Below, in pieces: positions 11,411 through 24,010 of a DNA stretch of 64,000 bases. The stretch comes from Hemiscyllium ocellatum (Eukaryota). Numbering within the stretch: the stretch's first letter is position 1; each line of letters begins with the position of its first letter. The position numbers and the translations under genes were made by a program. The stretch spans positions 16,478,789-16,542,788 of the forward strand of contig NC_083409.1 in NCBI RefSeq assembly GCF_020745735.1, read 5' to 3'. The notes below the pieces were generated by a model that did no database searches, had not been told where the DNA came from, and saw only the letters and a program-made list of their open reading frames with translations.

Positions 11411-11464
11411 CAGTTCCAGAATAAACAAACACCTTGCTTTCACAGTCAACCAAAAATGAGATAA

Positions 11465-11810
11465 GGGAGGTGATGGTCTAATGGTGTTATTGCTGAGCTG
11501 TTAATCGAGAGATCCAGGTAATGTTCTGGGGACCAGGGTTAGAATCCAGCAGATGGTGGCATTCAAATTCATTCAAAACAACATCTGCAATTAAGAGACT
11601 AATGATGACCATGAAACCATCGTTGATTGTCAGGAAAAAGCATCTGATTCCCTTATGTCCTTTAGGGAAGAAAACTGCCATCCTTACCATGTGACCCCAG
11701 ACCCACAGCAATGTGGGTGACTCTAAACTGTCCTTTGGGTGATTAGGGATGGGCAATAAATGCTGCCGATCCAGCAATGCCCTCATTCCATCAAGGGAAA
11801 AAGAAAAACA
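11465..11810 (+). mobile_element. tRNA-derived SINE (second family) with LINE-like tail
   Basis: A/B-box-like head (ggtgatggtctaatggtg...ggttagaatcc) and a tail ending gggcaataaatgctg. Mirrored at ~59235-59580. Confidence 0.6.
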
Positions 11811-12931
11811 GTTTATCCCATGTGTCTTCTGAACCACCTCACTGACCTGCATTAATCATCATGGCCACATCTTCCACCTCCACACCCATCTGACTTCCAG
11901 CTTCAAAATGATGAGAGACATTCCTTCATTATCTGAGAAACAGATAGAAACATCAAACACAGGAGCAGCAGTAGGCCATTCGGCCCTTCAAGGCCTGCTC
12001 CACCCTTCAATATGATCATGGCTGTTCATCCAACACAGTCCCCTGTTCCTACTTTCTCCCCACATTCTTTGATCCCTTTAATCCTAAGAACTGTATCTAA
12101 TTCCTTCTTAAATACACATTGCATCTAATTCCCTTTTGCTGGAAAAATGGATGACAATTATTGGGTTGTTGTTTTTTGACCAGTATGGACACAATGGGCT
12201 GATGGGTCTTTTGGGCCCCTATGACTCTATTGTTATTTATTATGAATAACTGGGTACCAAGGGCTGACCCTGTGGCACCCTAAGTTGTTATTACCTGCCA
12301 TTCAGAAAAAGACTCATTCTTTCTGTGCTGCCTGCCAACCAGTTCCCAATCCATGTCAGTACGTGAACCCCAATCCTCTTGTTTCTTTGGTCTAGATGTG
12401 GGAGTCCCACCCTTACTCATTGTGGGAACAGATTCTGAACAGTCTGTCTCATCCTTCGAGGGCTCCCACTGCCCTGACACTGATTTCCCATCATGCCATT
12501 GGTTCCGATCCACTTTTACCAAAGCACCACACAGTTTAGTAAAATGAAAACTTTTACACTTGCTCCATGGTTCTCCATTTCCATTCCTCCTCTCAATCTC
12601 ACTGAGTTCTAATCAGTGTCACTAAAATGCTTCCCCATCGATAGCCCTTCCAGCTTCCCACATTCATTCCATAACTGATGGTCCAAAATTGTCCCTTCTC
12701 TCTCTGCTGCTTCACCATCACCTTCTCAGGGACATCTAGGGACGGTAATGAATGCTGGCCCTGCCAGTGACACTCAGATCGCAAGAAGCAATTTGAACAG
12801 TGTCTGTTCTTTTGTTGGGTTTATTCTGTATTGACTAAGAATGTTCAAAAAGATCGTATTGTCAGTGAATATTGTGAGGGTTGAATTCCCTTCAAATGTC
12901 AGGGATTAAAATTGTTTCTTTTGTCTTTCAG

Positions 12932-13260
12932 TCCGTGACAACTCTCAGCCCAAGCTGACCCTGCTGCCCCCCTCCCCTGAGCAGATTAATGCCAAGGACA
13001 CTGCCACCCTGGTGTGCCTTGCCAATCACTTCTATCCCGATGAGCTGGAGGTGCAGTGGAAGAAAGACGGTGCAGTCATTTCGGACGGGGTTCAGACCAG
13101 CAACTACCTGCGAGCTTCGGACAGCACCTACAGTGTCAGCAGCCTGCTGACCCTCTCTGGGTCTGACTGGGAGTCCAACGCTCGCTTCTCCTGTGCCCTC
13201 ACCCACGTGACCCTCCCCTCTCCCCTCAGCAAGAGCATCAGGAGATCAGAATGTGTGTAG
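12932..13260 (+). CDS. IGKC: Ig kappa constant exon, cluster 1
   Basis: Acceptor ttgtctttcAG ends at 12931. Phase-1 join to J gives I-RDNSQPKLTLLPPSPEQINAKDTATLVCLANHFYPDELEVQW...FSCALTHVTLPSPLSKSIRRSECV*, an intact C1-set domain with penultimate Cys. Confidence 0.97.
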
Positions 13261-13399
13261 AGTGTTGGAGACAGTCCACAGAGGAGACACAACTTTAAAT
13301 AGAACAGGGCTGAGCTGGCAGGACAAAGGTCATTGTCAGCACTGAATTTCAACTCTCTTCCTTCTCAGGACTGCTCAGGGAACCTTCTGAGGTTTGGAT

Positions 13400-13587
13400 A
13401 TTAAAGCACATCATTGCGACAGTGTCGAGGGAGCTTTATGCTGTGTCAAACCCCATGCTGTCCCTGTTCTGGGAGTGTTTGATGGGGACAGGGTTGACTT
13501 GTGATGCCAAGTAAAATCTCTTGAAGTTGCTGAAGACTGTCAGCTGTACAAAACAATGTGAACCTCAGAATTCTCTGCTTCAATAAA
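13400..13587 (+). terminator. Candidate poly(A) signals of cluster 1: ATTAAA (13400-13405) and AATAAA (13582-13587)
   Basis: 140 and 320 nt after the stop codon. ATTAAA is conserved in cluster 2 (57700-57695); the distal site is AGTAAA there. Confidence 0.6.
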
Positions 13588-14166
13588 CCAGATCTCCTTC
13601 CTGCTCAGCTGTCAGTTCCAATTTAAGGTTTTGTCACTGTTTAAAGGGACAGGATTCTCATGTTATTGAGCAATTCTCCACAAATGTTTTCCTTAAACAC
13701 CATTGTGGCTGTGAATTTGAGCAGCTTCCTCTGTCTGGGCTGTTAATTGCAGTTTTTTTTCTGTCAATGTGAATGTGGAAAAGGGAATAAAGGTGAAGAT
13801 TCAGTCTCTGTCTGGTGTATGCTTTGGAAATAGATAACCTTCCCCACCCCCCAGTTGATTGGCTGCATTTCAGCAGGTCATTGTCGAGATTGGCTGGTTG
13901 GCCTGTCAATCAATTACAATCATTAATCATTAATCATTTTCAAATGATCCCTTTGATCAGGAATTTATGTAGGTTACAAGATTCCAAAAAGAACAGAAAC
14001 CGAAAGCTGTTAGGACTCAATAAGTACAATCTGATGCATTCCCTCTTCACTCTGTTGGTCCAGGCCCATCTGATGGGATCGCACTGTGCAATCTCTGCTG
14101 CATGTTGGGTAGCTGCTGAAACAATCTTTGGCCAATCACTGACATTGTCAGCTGTGTCTCTCTGAG

Positions 14167-14312
14167 GTAAAAACAAGGACTGCAGATGCTGGAAACCAGA
14201 TTCTAGATTAGAGTGGTACTGGAAAAGCACAGCAGGTCAGGCAGCATCTGAGGAGCAGGAAAATCGATGTTTCGGGCAAAGCCCTTCATCAGGAATAAAG
14301 CTCTATCTGGAA
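14167..14312 (-). mobile_element. 146-bp Penelope pseudo-LTR insertion with degenerate hammerhead, left arm only
   Basis: Begins gtaaaaacaaggactgcagatgctgg. Flanked by an imperfect ~15 bp duplication (tgtgt[gc]ctctctgag). Absent at the mirror site (~56970). Confidence 0.75.
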
Positions 14313-14886
14313 TGTGTGCCTCTCTGAGGGCGAGTGTTTAACTTAATGCTGCTTGGAGGGGTCTCTCTCAGTGTGGATTTGTTACTCAGAGAGACACCTA
14401 CAGGCAGCGTTCAGTAACGCACCCACATTCGGAGACACCTGTCTCCAGCATGGAGTGTGATCATGTTCCTCAGTGCTACCTGTCTCACAGAGTGAGTGTG
14501 TTACTCTGTGCTGTCTATAGGTGTCTCTCTGAGGTATGTGTCTCCGAGTGATGGATTGAGAATGGGCTTTGTGCTGGGGATTGAAGATTAGGCTTTAATC
14601 TTCTCAAATCATGAATGGAAAACAGTTCTGCTGATTCAGTCTGAGATGGCAGCTCATTCAGATGGCCAAAGTTAAAAAACACACAACACCAGGTGATAGT
14701 CAAACATGTTTATTTGAAAGTAGAAGCGTTCAGAGCACAGCTTCTTCATCAGGGAGCTGGACGGGCAGGATCATTTGACACAGAATTTATTGTAAATTCA
14801 GATGGCAGCTGAGAAAGGTGAATACTGAGAGTGTATTCTCAGTAAGGGAGGGATTTCAGAGGCAGTGGGCACTGTGCTCCCTAATG

Positions 14887-14960
14887 CAGAAATGTCGATT
14901 TTCCTGCTCCTCAGATGCTGCCTGACCTGCTGTGCTTTTCCAGCACGACTCTAATCTAGA
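14887..14960 (+). mobile_element. 74-bp Penelope pseudo-LTR micro-insertion, left arm only
   Basis: Perfect 15-bp TSD ctgtgctccctaatg (14872-14886, 14961-14975). Empty site in the right arm (~56135-56150). Confidence 0.85.
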
Positions 14961-15680
14961 CTGTGCTCCCTAATGTGTTGCCCAATTACACGGGGACTTT
15001 CTGAATCCAGGGTCAATCGTGGCTGCCTGCCCAGCCAATGCTGGCTCCCCATAGTCATATTTCAGTGGTTAATTAACCCAAAACAAGGTGCAGCAATATT
15101 ACCTTCCAGGGAGGGGAGCTGTCTGAGGGAGGGAGGTTGAATTCTTGCAGCCCCAAGAGAGGTTGCGGTGGATTAATGACAGGTATGACCACCATGAAGG
15201 TGCCACCTTCTCTCCCCCTGCTACAGCTGTGATGACCCTCAGGTTAAAAGTGTGACTGCTCTGGGATGATGACCACATTCCTGGGTGATGGAGGGAAGGC
15301 CAACCTCTCCCAAAGGCAGCACAGGCTGGATCGAAGGTGAAACAAGAGTAAGCATGGGGAGATTGAGGGTGACAGAAGCGGGAGGGGGGTCAAGTTGGTT
15401 GGCATGTTGTTTTTCAGAGTCAGGTCCCAGAGTATCAGTCCTTCTGACACTCCTCTGTTTATCTGTCAGCCAGGGCTCCCTGATTGGACAAAGTTAACTG
15501 TCCCTGTCAGAGAGCTCATATTTCATCAAAAAGAATAAAACATTTATTGAACAAGGAGCTCAAGAGCTAAATGACATTAAACAAAATGAACGGTTTGAAA
15601 GATTTCATTATGGACACTGCAAATAAGATTTGGTGAAGAACTTTTTCACTCAACAGGTGGTGGGAATCCAGAATGGACTG

Positions 15681-15984
15681 TCATAAAATCCCTACAGTGA
15701 GGAAACAGGCCACTTGGCCCAACAAGTCCACACTGACCCTTGGAAGAGTAACCTACCCAAGACCCAATCCCCTGTCTTATTACTCTGCTTTTCCCCTGAC
15801 TAATGAGCCTAACCTACACATCCCTGACCACTATGGGCAACTTAGCATGGCCAATTCACCTAACCTGCACGTCTTTAGACTGTGGGAGGAAACCAGAGCA
15901 CCCAGAAGAAACCTATGCAGGCACTTGGAGAAAGTGCAAACTCCACACAGACAGTTGCCTGAGGCTGGAATTGAACCTGGGTCA
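15681..15984 (-). mobile_element. HE1 (V-SINE) copy, 5' truncated
   Basis: V-domain ggtgctctggtttcctcccaca and HER1-like tail ggcctgtttcctcactgtaggg on minus. Mirrored at 54773-55070. Confidence 0.8.
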
Positions 15985-16329
15985 AAACACCCAATCCAGC
16001 CTTGACTTCGCTCCAACCTCTGCCTCCACTTCTGCCCCTCCCACTCTGCAACCAGGACTGAGACTACATTTCCCAGAGTCACCCTGAGTCCAACTGCCTC
16101 CCTGCAGCCAGCCAGCACACTCGCTCTCCCTCCTCACCCATCCACCCCCACAGTGCACCCGATCCCTCCACTTCTCCCTCTTCACCACATCCCCACCTTC
16201 CCACTCCTACACCTCACTCCATAACCCACCTCTACCCCAATCTCCTTTCTCTCCCACACCCATTCTCTCCCATTCCCATTACCCTTTCCCCTTCCCCTCC
16301 TTCAGCCATCTCGGAGCCCCATGAAAACC

Positions 16330-18770
16330 TCGTCCCCCACGCCGAGCCTTGCCCCTTATTTCCTATCCCCCCATGACCTCGAACTCTCTGAGGCCAAAAG
16401 GTTCATCCTGAGAAAAGGGCTCACATTTGTTCCCAACCTCAAAAAACCCCGCACCCACCAGGACGTGGAGCTCTTCTTCCGCCGCCTCTACCTCTGTTTT
16501 CTTCTTTAACAAAAACTCCCAAACTCCCTCTGAGGACCCCTTCTCCCACCTCCAACCTTCCTCCTCCACTTGGTCACCCCCCCAACCCCACCACCACCAG
16601 CTGTGTACACACCCTAGAGCTCTTCATTGCTGACCACTGAAGTGACATCAGCCGCCTCAATTTCTCCAACCCCCTCACCCTCTCCAATCACCCCTCCTCC
16701 AAACATGCAGCCCTCCACTCTCTCCGTACCACCCCCGGTTCACCATCAAACCCACTGACAAAGGTGGTAGTCTGAGGAATGGACCTCTATGTCGCAGAGG
16801 CCGAACCCCAACTCTCTGACCACACATTCTACCTCCCCCTTGCCCATGACCCCACCCTGACCCATCAGGCCAAAATCACTCACACTGTCTGTGCCCCCAT
16901 TGCCTCCAGTGATCTCACCTCCACTGTCTCCAATCTCACAGTCCCCCAGCCCTGCACTGCCCAGTTCTACCTGCTCCCCAAGATCCACAAACCCAACAAC
17001 ACTGGCCGACCCATCATCTCAACATGCTCCTGCCCCACCGAACTCCTCTCATCCTACCTCAACTCCATCCTCTCCTCCTTGGTTCAGGCACTTCCCACCT
17101 ACATCCGTGACACCAACCATGCCCTCCACCTCTTCAGTAACCTTCAGTTCCTAGGCCCCCAGCACTTTATCTTCACTATGGATAGTCCTTATATACGTCC
17201 ATACCCAACAAGATCAGCCTCCTGGCCCTCTGCTTTTTTCTCTCCAACAGATCCATCCACTCCCCCTCCACCAATACCCTCCTCCATCTGGCCCAACTGG
17301 TCCTCACCCTCAACAACTTTTCCTTTAACTCCTCCCAGTTCCTCTAAATCCAGGGGTGGCTATGAGTACCTGGATGGGCCCCAGCTCCCCCTGCCCCTTT
17401 ATTGGCTATGCTGAACAGTCCCTCTTCAGTGCCTACACAGGCACTGTGCCCCAGCTCTGCTACCATTACATCGATGACTGCGTTGGTGCAGTGACCTGCA
17501 CCCAGGCTGAACTGGAGCAGTTCATCGTCTTCGCCCACAACTTCCACCCTACCCTCAAATTCACTTGGTCCGCCTCGGACACCTCCCTCCCCTTTATTGA
17601 CCTCTCCATTCCCATCTCCAGTGACCGTGTTCAGATAGACATTTACTGCAAACTCACAGACTCCCATTATTACACGGACTATACTTTCTCCATCCCATTC
17701 TTCCAATTCCTCCGCCTCTGCTCTATCTGCTCGAATGAGGAGACATTCCACTCCCAAGTATTCTAGATGACCACCTATTTCGAACAACATGCTTTTGCTC
17801 CCTCTGTCATCCATCACACCACCTCCATTTCCCATTCCATTGCTCTAAACCCACCCCCTCCAAACACAATAAAGACAAAGACCCCATTGCCCTCACCTAT
17901 CACCCAAACCAATCTCTGTATCCAACACATCATCCTATTCGCCAAACCCAACAAGACCCCACCACCAAGAATGTCTTCCTCACCATACCCCTGTCTGCCT
18001 TCCACAAGGACTGTTCCCTTTGACAATTCTTGGTTTGCACCACTCTCTCCACCATCTCTCCTGAACCCCCCGGTACCTTCCCCTGCACACGGAAATGATG
18101 CAAAGCCTGCTGGTACACCAACCCCAAAACCTCCATCCAGGACCCCAAACAGTCCTTCCAGGTGAGACAGAGGTTCACTTGCCTCTCCTCCAACTTAGTT
18201 TACTGCATCAGGTGATGGCGATGTGGTCTTCTCTACATCGGGAAGACCAAACATAAACTTAGGCAGCGGTTGGTCGTGCATCTCAGCTGGGCCTGTAGGA
18301 GCCGACCAGACCTCCCAGTCACCACCCATTTTAATTCCCCTTCCCACTCCCTTTCTACCATGATCATCTTTGGCTTCCTCCATTGCCACAATGAACCAAA
18401 TCGCAAATTGGAGGGACAATACCTCATCTTCCGCCTGGGCAGCCTACAGCCCAGAGGATTCAACACTGAGTTCTCCAAATTCAAACACCTTCCCTTCCCA
18501 TCCCCGGACTCCCTCCCCAGCCCCTCCCTTCTCTTCCACTCCTCTCTGCCACCAAACAGATTCATTCCTTCCATTAACGAACCAGGTCGTGTCCTCTGCC
18601 TGTCATCATGTATCCCCATTCTCCACCTTGCCCCGCCACCCCCTTTATCTGCAGCTCCGCCTACACTCACCGCCATTCCTGAAGAAGGGTTACACCCAAA
18701 ACATCAACTTCTTCACCGCCTGATGCTGCCTGACTTGCTGTGTTCCTCCAACCTCCTGCCTGTCATTGAA
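16330..18770 (+). mobile_element. Decayed near-full-length Penelope-like element (RT + GIY-YIG; Neptune-type)
   Basis: Fragments LRKGLTFVP, AQFYLLPKIHKPNNTGRPIIS, HYIDDC, HPTLKFTW, LPFIDL and HFNSPSHS...YLIFRLGSLQPRGFN. Many frameshifts. Confidence 0.9.
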
Positions 18771-18889
18771 TGGAACCAGCAGGAAAGGGCTGGACAATCA
18801 AGTGTCAGGGCCATCAACAAATGGGAATGGGACACACTACAGATAATGCATTGAGACAGTCAATCACAAAGAGGTGACCAAACTGAAAA

Positions 18890-19225
18890 TGAAACACTCA
18901 TACACAGTGGACGGAATTTAATATCAGAAAGTGTGAGACCATGCACTTTGTTCGGAATAATCGAAAGGCCGACTATTATTTAAATAGTGAGAGATTCCAA
19001 AAAAGTGCAGTACACAGTAATCGGTGTAGTATTGTGCATGAAACATTGAAAGTTAGTGCAGGTGCAGCAAGGAATTGAGAAGGCAAATGGAATTTTCACT
19101 TTTATTGTCTGGGGTTGGAATTTAAAAGTAGAGAAATCTTGTTGAAACTTTACAGGATGTTAGTGAGCCTGCATTTGAAGTATTGTGTGCAATTTTGGTC
19201 CCTGAATTTAAGAAAGGATGGACAG
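18890..19225 (+). mobile_element. CR1 LINE fragment
   Basis: EFKSREILLKLYRMLVSLHLKYCVQFWS. Confidence 0.8.
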
Positions 19226-22200
19226 TCATTGGAGTCCTACTCCTGCTTCAATTTCTCATGTTCTTGTGGGCTCCAGTGTCCCTCCCTCACAGCACAACTG
19301 GTTTGTCCCTTCCCTGCAGTAGCAGCCTCCAGTCTCTGGGTGGTGCTGCCATATGATCTGCCTTGCCCAGGCTGTCACAATTCCCACATCACAAGAATGC
19401 CTGGACTTTGGAAGTATTGAATTGGCTGTAAAACATTTTCCAACATCCAAGCTTAAAAACGGCATCACAGAAATATAATTCTCTCTCCTTTTATGTTTTG
19501 TCTCCAAGCCTTCCCACCTGTCATCCAACAACATCACACACTTGTGTAAAATCTAGAATGGATCATGAATCTCTGGGAGAACTTACTTTGTGACAACACT
19601 GAGTCTAATGACCACACCCTCAGTGGGCTTTGAGGGTGAAGGTCAATAGCAGTCTCATTGGGACTTGATCTGAATTGTCTCCAGTCAGTCAGTGCTTTTG
19701 TCTGGTCCAGACAGTACTGACCAACCTTAGAGCCCTGTGGACTGATTGAGATGAAGGGTGAGCTATGCTGGACTTTCACACATGGCTCACACACGGTGAA
19801 GCAGGGATTCCCCATTTCAGAAGAGTAAATGGAACAAACGAACTGGCTGGATGTGACATCCCCACCTGTCCCCAAGAGAGTGGGGACAGGAACAGTAATA
19901 TTCTCACACAGAAAGGACAGTAAAAATTTTAACCCAGAGAGAGAGAGGATAGGAAAAGCAATGCTCCCTAAAGACAGGGGACAGTATCTGTCTGTTCCCC
20001 ACTTTCTTGTTGTGTTGTGACCTTGGGAAATTGGTTTGGTTGATATTTTCTCAGTTGTATTTAGGTTTGATGAGGTGATTCATTAACAAGGATTCCAATT
20101 ACATATTTCCTGTAGCAGCAGATCCATTGAAGATCACAGTTTCATTTGGAGGTTGCCCAGGTTTCTGTCCAGGCTGATGCAGCATGGTCTACCAGTGCTG
20201 CTCCTATTGGGCTAAACCATCACACACGAGGGAATCTGATGGGCACTTTCTCTTTGTGCTGACAAAGGGAGAGATTTGGTTCTACTGCGATGGCGGCCAG
20301 AGAAATTAGTCAGTGGATGTAGTTCCAGCTGAGCAGAATGTTCTGATATTCATGGTGGGATTAACCTCAACAGTTCCCACTTGCCTTTACACCGACAGTG
20401 GAACAGGAAGTCACCATGCAGTGATCTCCTGGCTCACACTGAGAAACCAAGTTGATGGTATAACTGCAGAGAGCAAGGCAATGGCTTGGACTCACCGAAA
20501 AACCAGAGGCTTCAGCCAACAACTGGGTTACAGGCAAATGGCGTGTTGTATAAACTCTCAGTATCTCAGCGAACATTCATTGACAAACATAACTACAAAA
20601 TGGAACAGGATATTGTTTATGAAAATTGGCATTGCAAAAATAAAATCCAAACACATTATAGGTAATCTCATTTCAAAGACTACAGCGTGTTCTTTGGAAA
20701 CTGGACGATAATGAGATGAGAAATCAAACACCCATCCACTCCGTCACACGGTGTTGAAGACGCACTGTCCTCATCATAACAGGTTTGCAAGCATCTGAAT
20801 AACATGAAAGGGGAGAGAAACATTGCAAACTGTATTATCACGAGAGAGGATCCATTAAAACCTAGAACCATGATGTTAAATGCTCCCTGCTCTAAACAAC
20901 ACTGATGCATTCACATCATTGGAATGTTAAATGATTTAAATCTCAAGAGGCATTGATGATTTTTTTTTCCAAGTCCATAGCAAGGAAGCAGTAGCTAACA
21001 TATGAACTCTAACAAAATGATAACAGGCACTGAATACAGAGCTGACTCCAGAGAGAGTGAAAAAAAAATCAACCGCAGAGATCTGTCCAGTGCTGGGAAC
21101 ATTTTAGACAAGAGACCTTGTTGCCAGCAAGTTACTGCAGCTTGAAAACTCCAGTACGGTCAGAAAGAGAAAAATGACAATGTACAGATTGTTGAACAGG
21201 CCCCTACACCTGGGCCTGAGGCAGGAGCCCAAGCTCCAACACACTGCCTCACTTCACACCAACCTTCACACAGTGCGGGGTCATGAACTCTGGCCATCAA
21301 TCTCTCAGGGACTGGGACGGAGTGAGGGAACAGGGACAATTGTAGAGCAGTCAATAAGGAGTAAAGCAAGATGGAGAGGGTGTGTTGGAAAGGGGTTAGA
21401 GGAGGAAATATACTTTGTGCTACTCAGTACAGACATCATCTACGTGTTTCACAGAATGAACAAACAGCACACTGTGAAGACAAACAAAATTCCCATCAAA
21501 GTATTTTTCTTATCACAGGGGATATTTTCATTATGGAGCCCTCAGTACCCTACTTCTAAAGCTGCACTGTCTCTCTGTGGGTCTCTGCAGATTGAGCCTG
21601 TCAGCTCCAAGCAGAGTCCCACTTTACGTTTTACTGATCAAGGACAGTGAAGCAGCTGCCCTCTAGTGGCGAGAGAGAGCTTGCACGGCTGCTGAGGATT
21701 ATGGGTCCCCTTCCATTCGCGCCCACACAAACCAGCAGCCACTTCAGCTGCTTTATTGAAAACCACAAACTTTCAAGGCGCTGTTCTTTCAACGGTGGAA
21801 CTGGACACACGATCAAATGAGTTAGGGGCAGAGGAAGGAGATTCATCCTCTTGAGCCTGCTCCCCATGGCTGACCTGATTATTCCACATTCTTACCTTAC
21901 TCTGATAGATTCTTGAAAGCAATGGCTATCTACTTCTTCACTACAAGCATTCAGAGGTTTCATTTCTATGTTTGATGAAGAGTTCCAAAGATCTATGACC
22001 TTATGCAAGAAACAAAAATTGCTTATCTCGGTCTTCTATGAGGGAACTTGTTTTAATTTGATATTCTCCCCGAAAAGGAAACACGCTTTTCACATCCACG
22101 CTGTATTCTATGTTCAGGTTGATATGGAATCTGCTTGAATCAGCTGCTCTCTCATGCTGTCCTGAAGAATGGTTAGATCATGGCTAGAATATGGTGCACA

Positions 22201-23384
22201 GTTAGGGCCTGCTTTGAGGGGCAATACATAATGGGACATGGACAGGGGATCTAGGGTCACAAGAGATGTGCAGGCTAGCAAATGGAAAATGCCATGGAAA
22301 ATGCAGGATTACAGGAATAGGGTGGGGGAGGTTTGCATCTGGGTGGGATGGCCTTCAAAGGGTTGGTATGAGTTTGCTGGGCTTTACGTGGCCTGCTTCC
22401 ACTCTGTAGGAATTCCTCAATTCTGTGATTCTACGAAGGCCAGGCAGGATGTCAACAGTGGAGGGAGGGTATTCTGATGTTCAAAAATTCTTAAACGAAT
22501 AAACACAGTAAATGTAGATTGACTATCAGTGCAGACAAACTGAAAGGCAAAATGACATATTCTCCAGTCATATACCAGGTACAGAAAAGAGATCGGAAAA
22601 ACCTTTTGATACAGTTATTGGAATTGAATGATGAATAATCATAAACAGAGTGCTCCATTCATAAAAAGACAGGAATACTTTTTAGAATTTCAATAGGCCT
22701 GAAGGAAAAGAGGAAATCAGGATCAAATAGTCATTTGAGAATATAGCACTTGAGTGAGACAAACGAACGCATTTCATTTTGCCTTGCTTTCGCTCCATGG
22801 ATGCTGTCTGACCCACTGGGGTCTCCAGAGTTTTGCTATGCTATTTCTTACAAATTGTTTTGTTGTGTGCAAGACAAAAGCTTTGACAAACTGTTTCTTT
22901 TTTTCAGCGACACTTGAATTTGGATCATTTTCGAGAGAAAGCAGGGCCATGGAATCATCTTTCCCTGCAGGGAGGGAGGGAGTGTGTGTGGAATCTCCCA
23001 TGGGCAGGGTTCTCCTGGCTGCCACCACATCAGGAAGGCTGGAGCTTGATGATCGAGCTGAATGGACAGGGCTCACTCTCACAGTCCTCCGGGCCATGGA
23101 GCCTCTTGTGATGGGAGCATCTGCTTGGTCTCAGGGCAGACAATGACATTGCAGTGGGATTGGAAATGGGACAACTTGACAGTGGATGCTGCACAATGGC
23201 TGCACTGACTCTTCCTCTCTGCCTGATCCCTCCCCACACACAGGAGAAGTTGCATTAGGAACCTGTTCTAAAGGGCTACAACCCACTGCAGCACTCCCAA
23301 TCTGCAAAGAGAAGAACATTTCTACAAAGACTTTGCCAAAAACAGATATTCCCACAACTTCATCCACAGATGCCTGATAGACAA

Positions 23385-24010
23385 ACAACGCGATGAGGGT
23401 ATGCCACGACCTAACCCACTAGCCACGCTACCTTATATAAAAACATCGCAGTATTCCAACTACTCATAAACTGCCCAGAAACTGACAGCCACGCTCAGAC
23501 AACCCACAAGAACAAAAGGCCCAATACCCACCATGTGAAAGACAGATGTAATTTACAAGAATCCATGCAACGTTTGCACGAAACACCTCGGACAAACAGA
23601 CAGATAACTAGCCATCCACATCCATGAACACCAACGAACCACTAAACCCCATGAGCAGCTGTCCTGAGTAGCTATACACACAGATGACAAGAACCACAAA
23701 TTTGATTGGGCCAACACTATGATCATAGGACAAGCTCAACAGAGGACAGCCAGAGAATTTATATAGGCAATGCACTTATCCATGGGATCCATCAATAAAC
23801 AGATTGACCTAGACCCAGTATACTGACCACTGCAATGAATATCCGGAACCAATAACTAGAAACAGCAGGAATGGAACCAAATAAATTCCAGAAGACACAG
23901 CACAACAGCACTTCACAGGAAGCTCCAAAGCTCTGAAGATTTCACCGAGACAGGGGACAAAATGTCTACAAATCAACTTCCCAGCTCGTGGGCATACCCA
24001 CAACTACAGC
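23385..24010 (+). mobile_element. Penelope-like (Poseidon-type) GIY-YIG 3' fragment with decayed hammerhead
   Basis: Decayed DVIYKNPCNVC..HLGQT..AIHIHEH..HKFDWANTMIIGQ..INKQIDLDPVY. CTGAAGA...gacaaaatgtc (CpG-decayed GACGAAACGTC) at ~23933-23966. Confidence 0.7.

Larger units (their letters stand above)
7912..20526 (+). repeat. Left arm of a ~13 kb inverted segmental duplication containing C exon 1 and its 3' flank
   Basis: Colinear reverse-complement match to 50283-63840 at many anchors (7990/63770, 10000/61050, 12932/58168, 16400/54330, 20526/50283). Confidence 0.93.
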
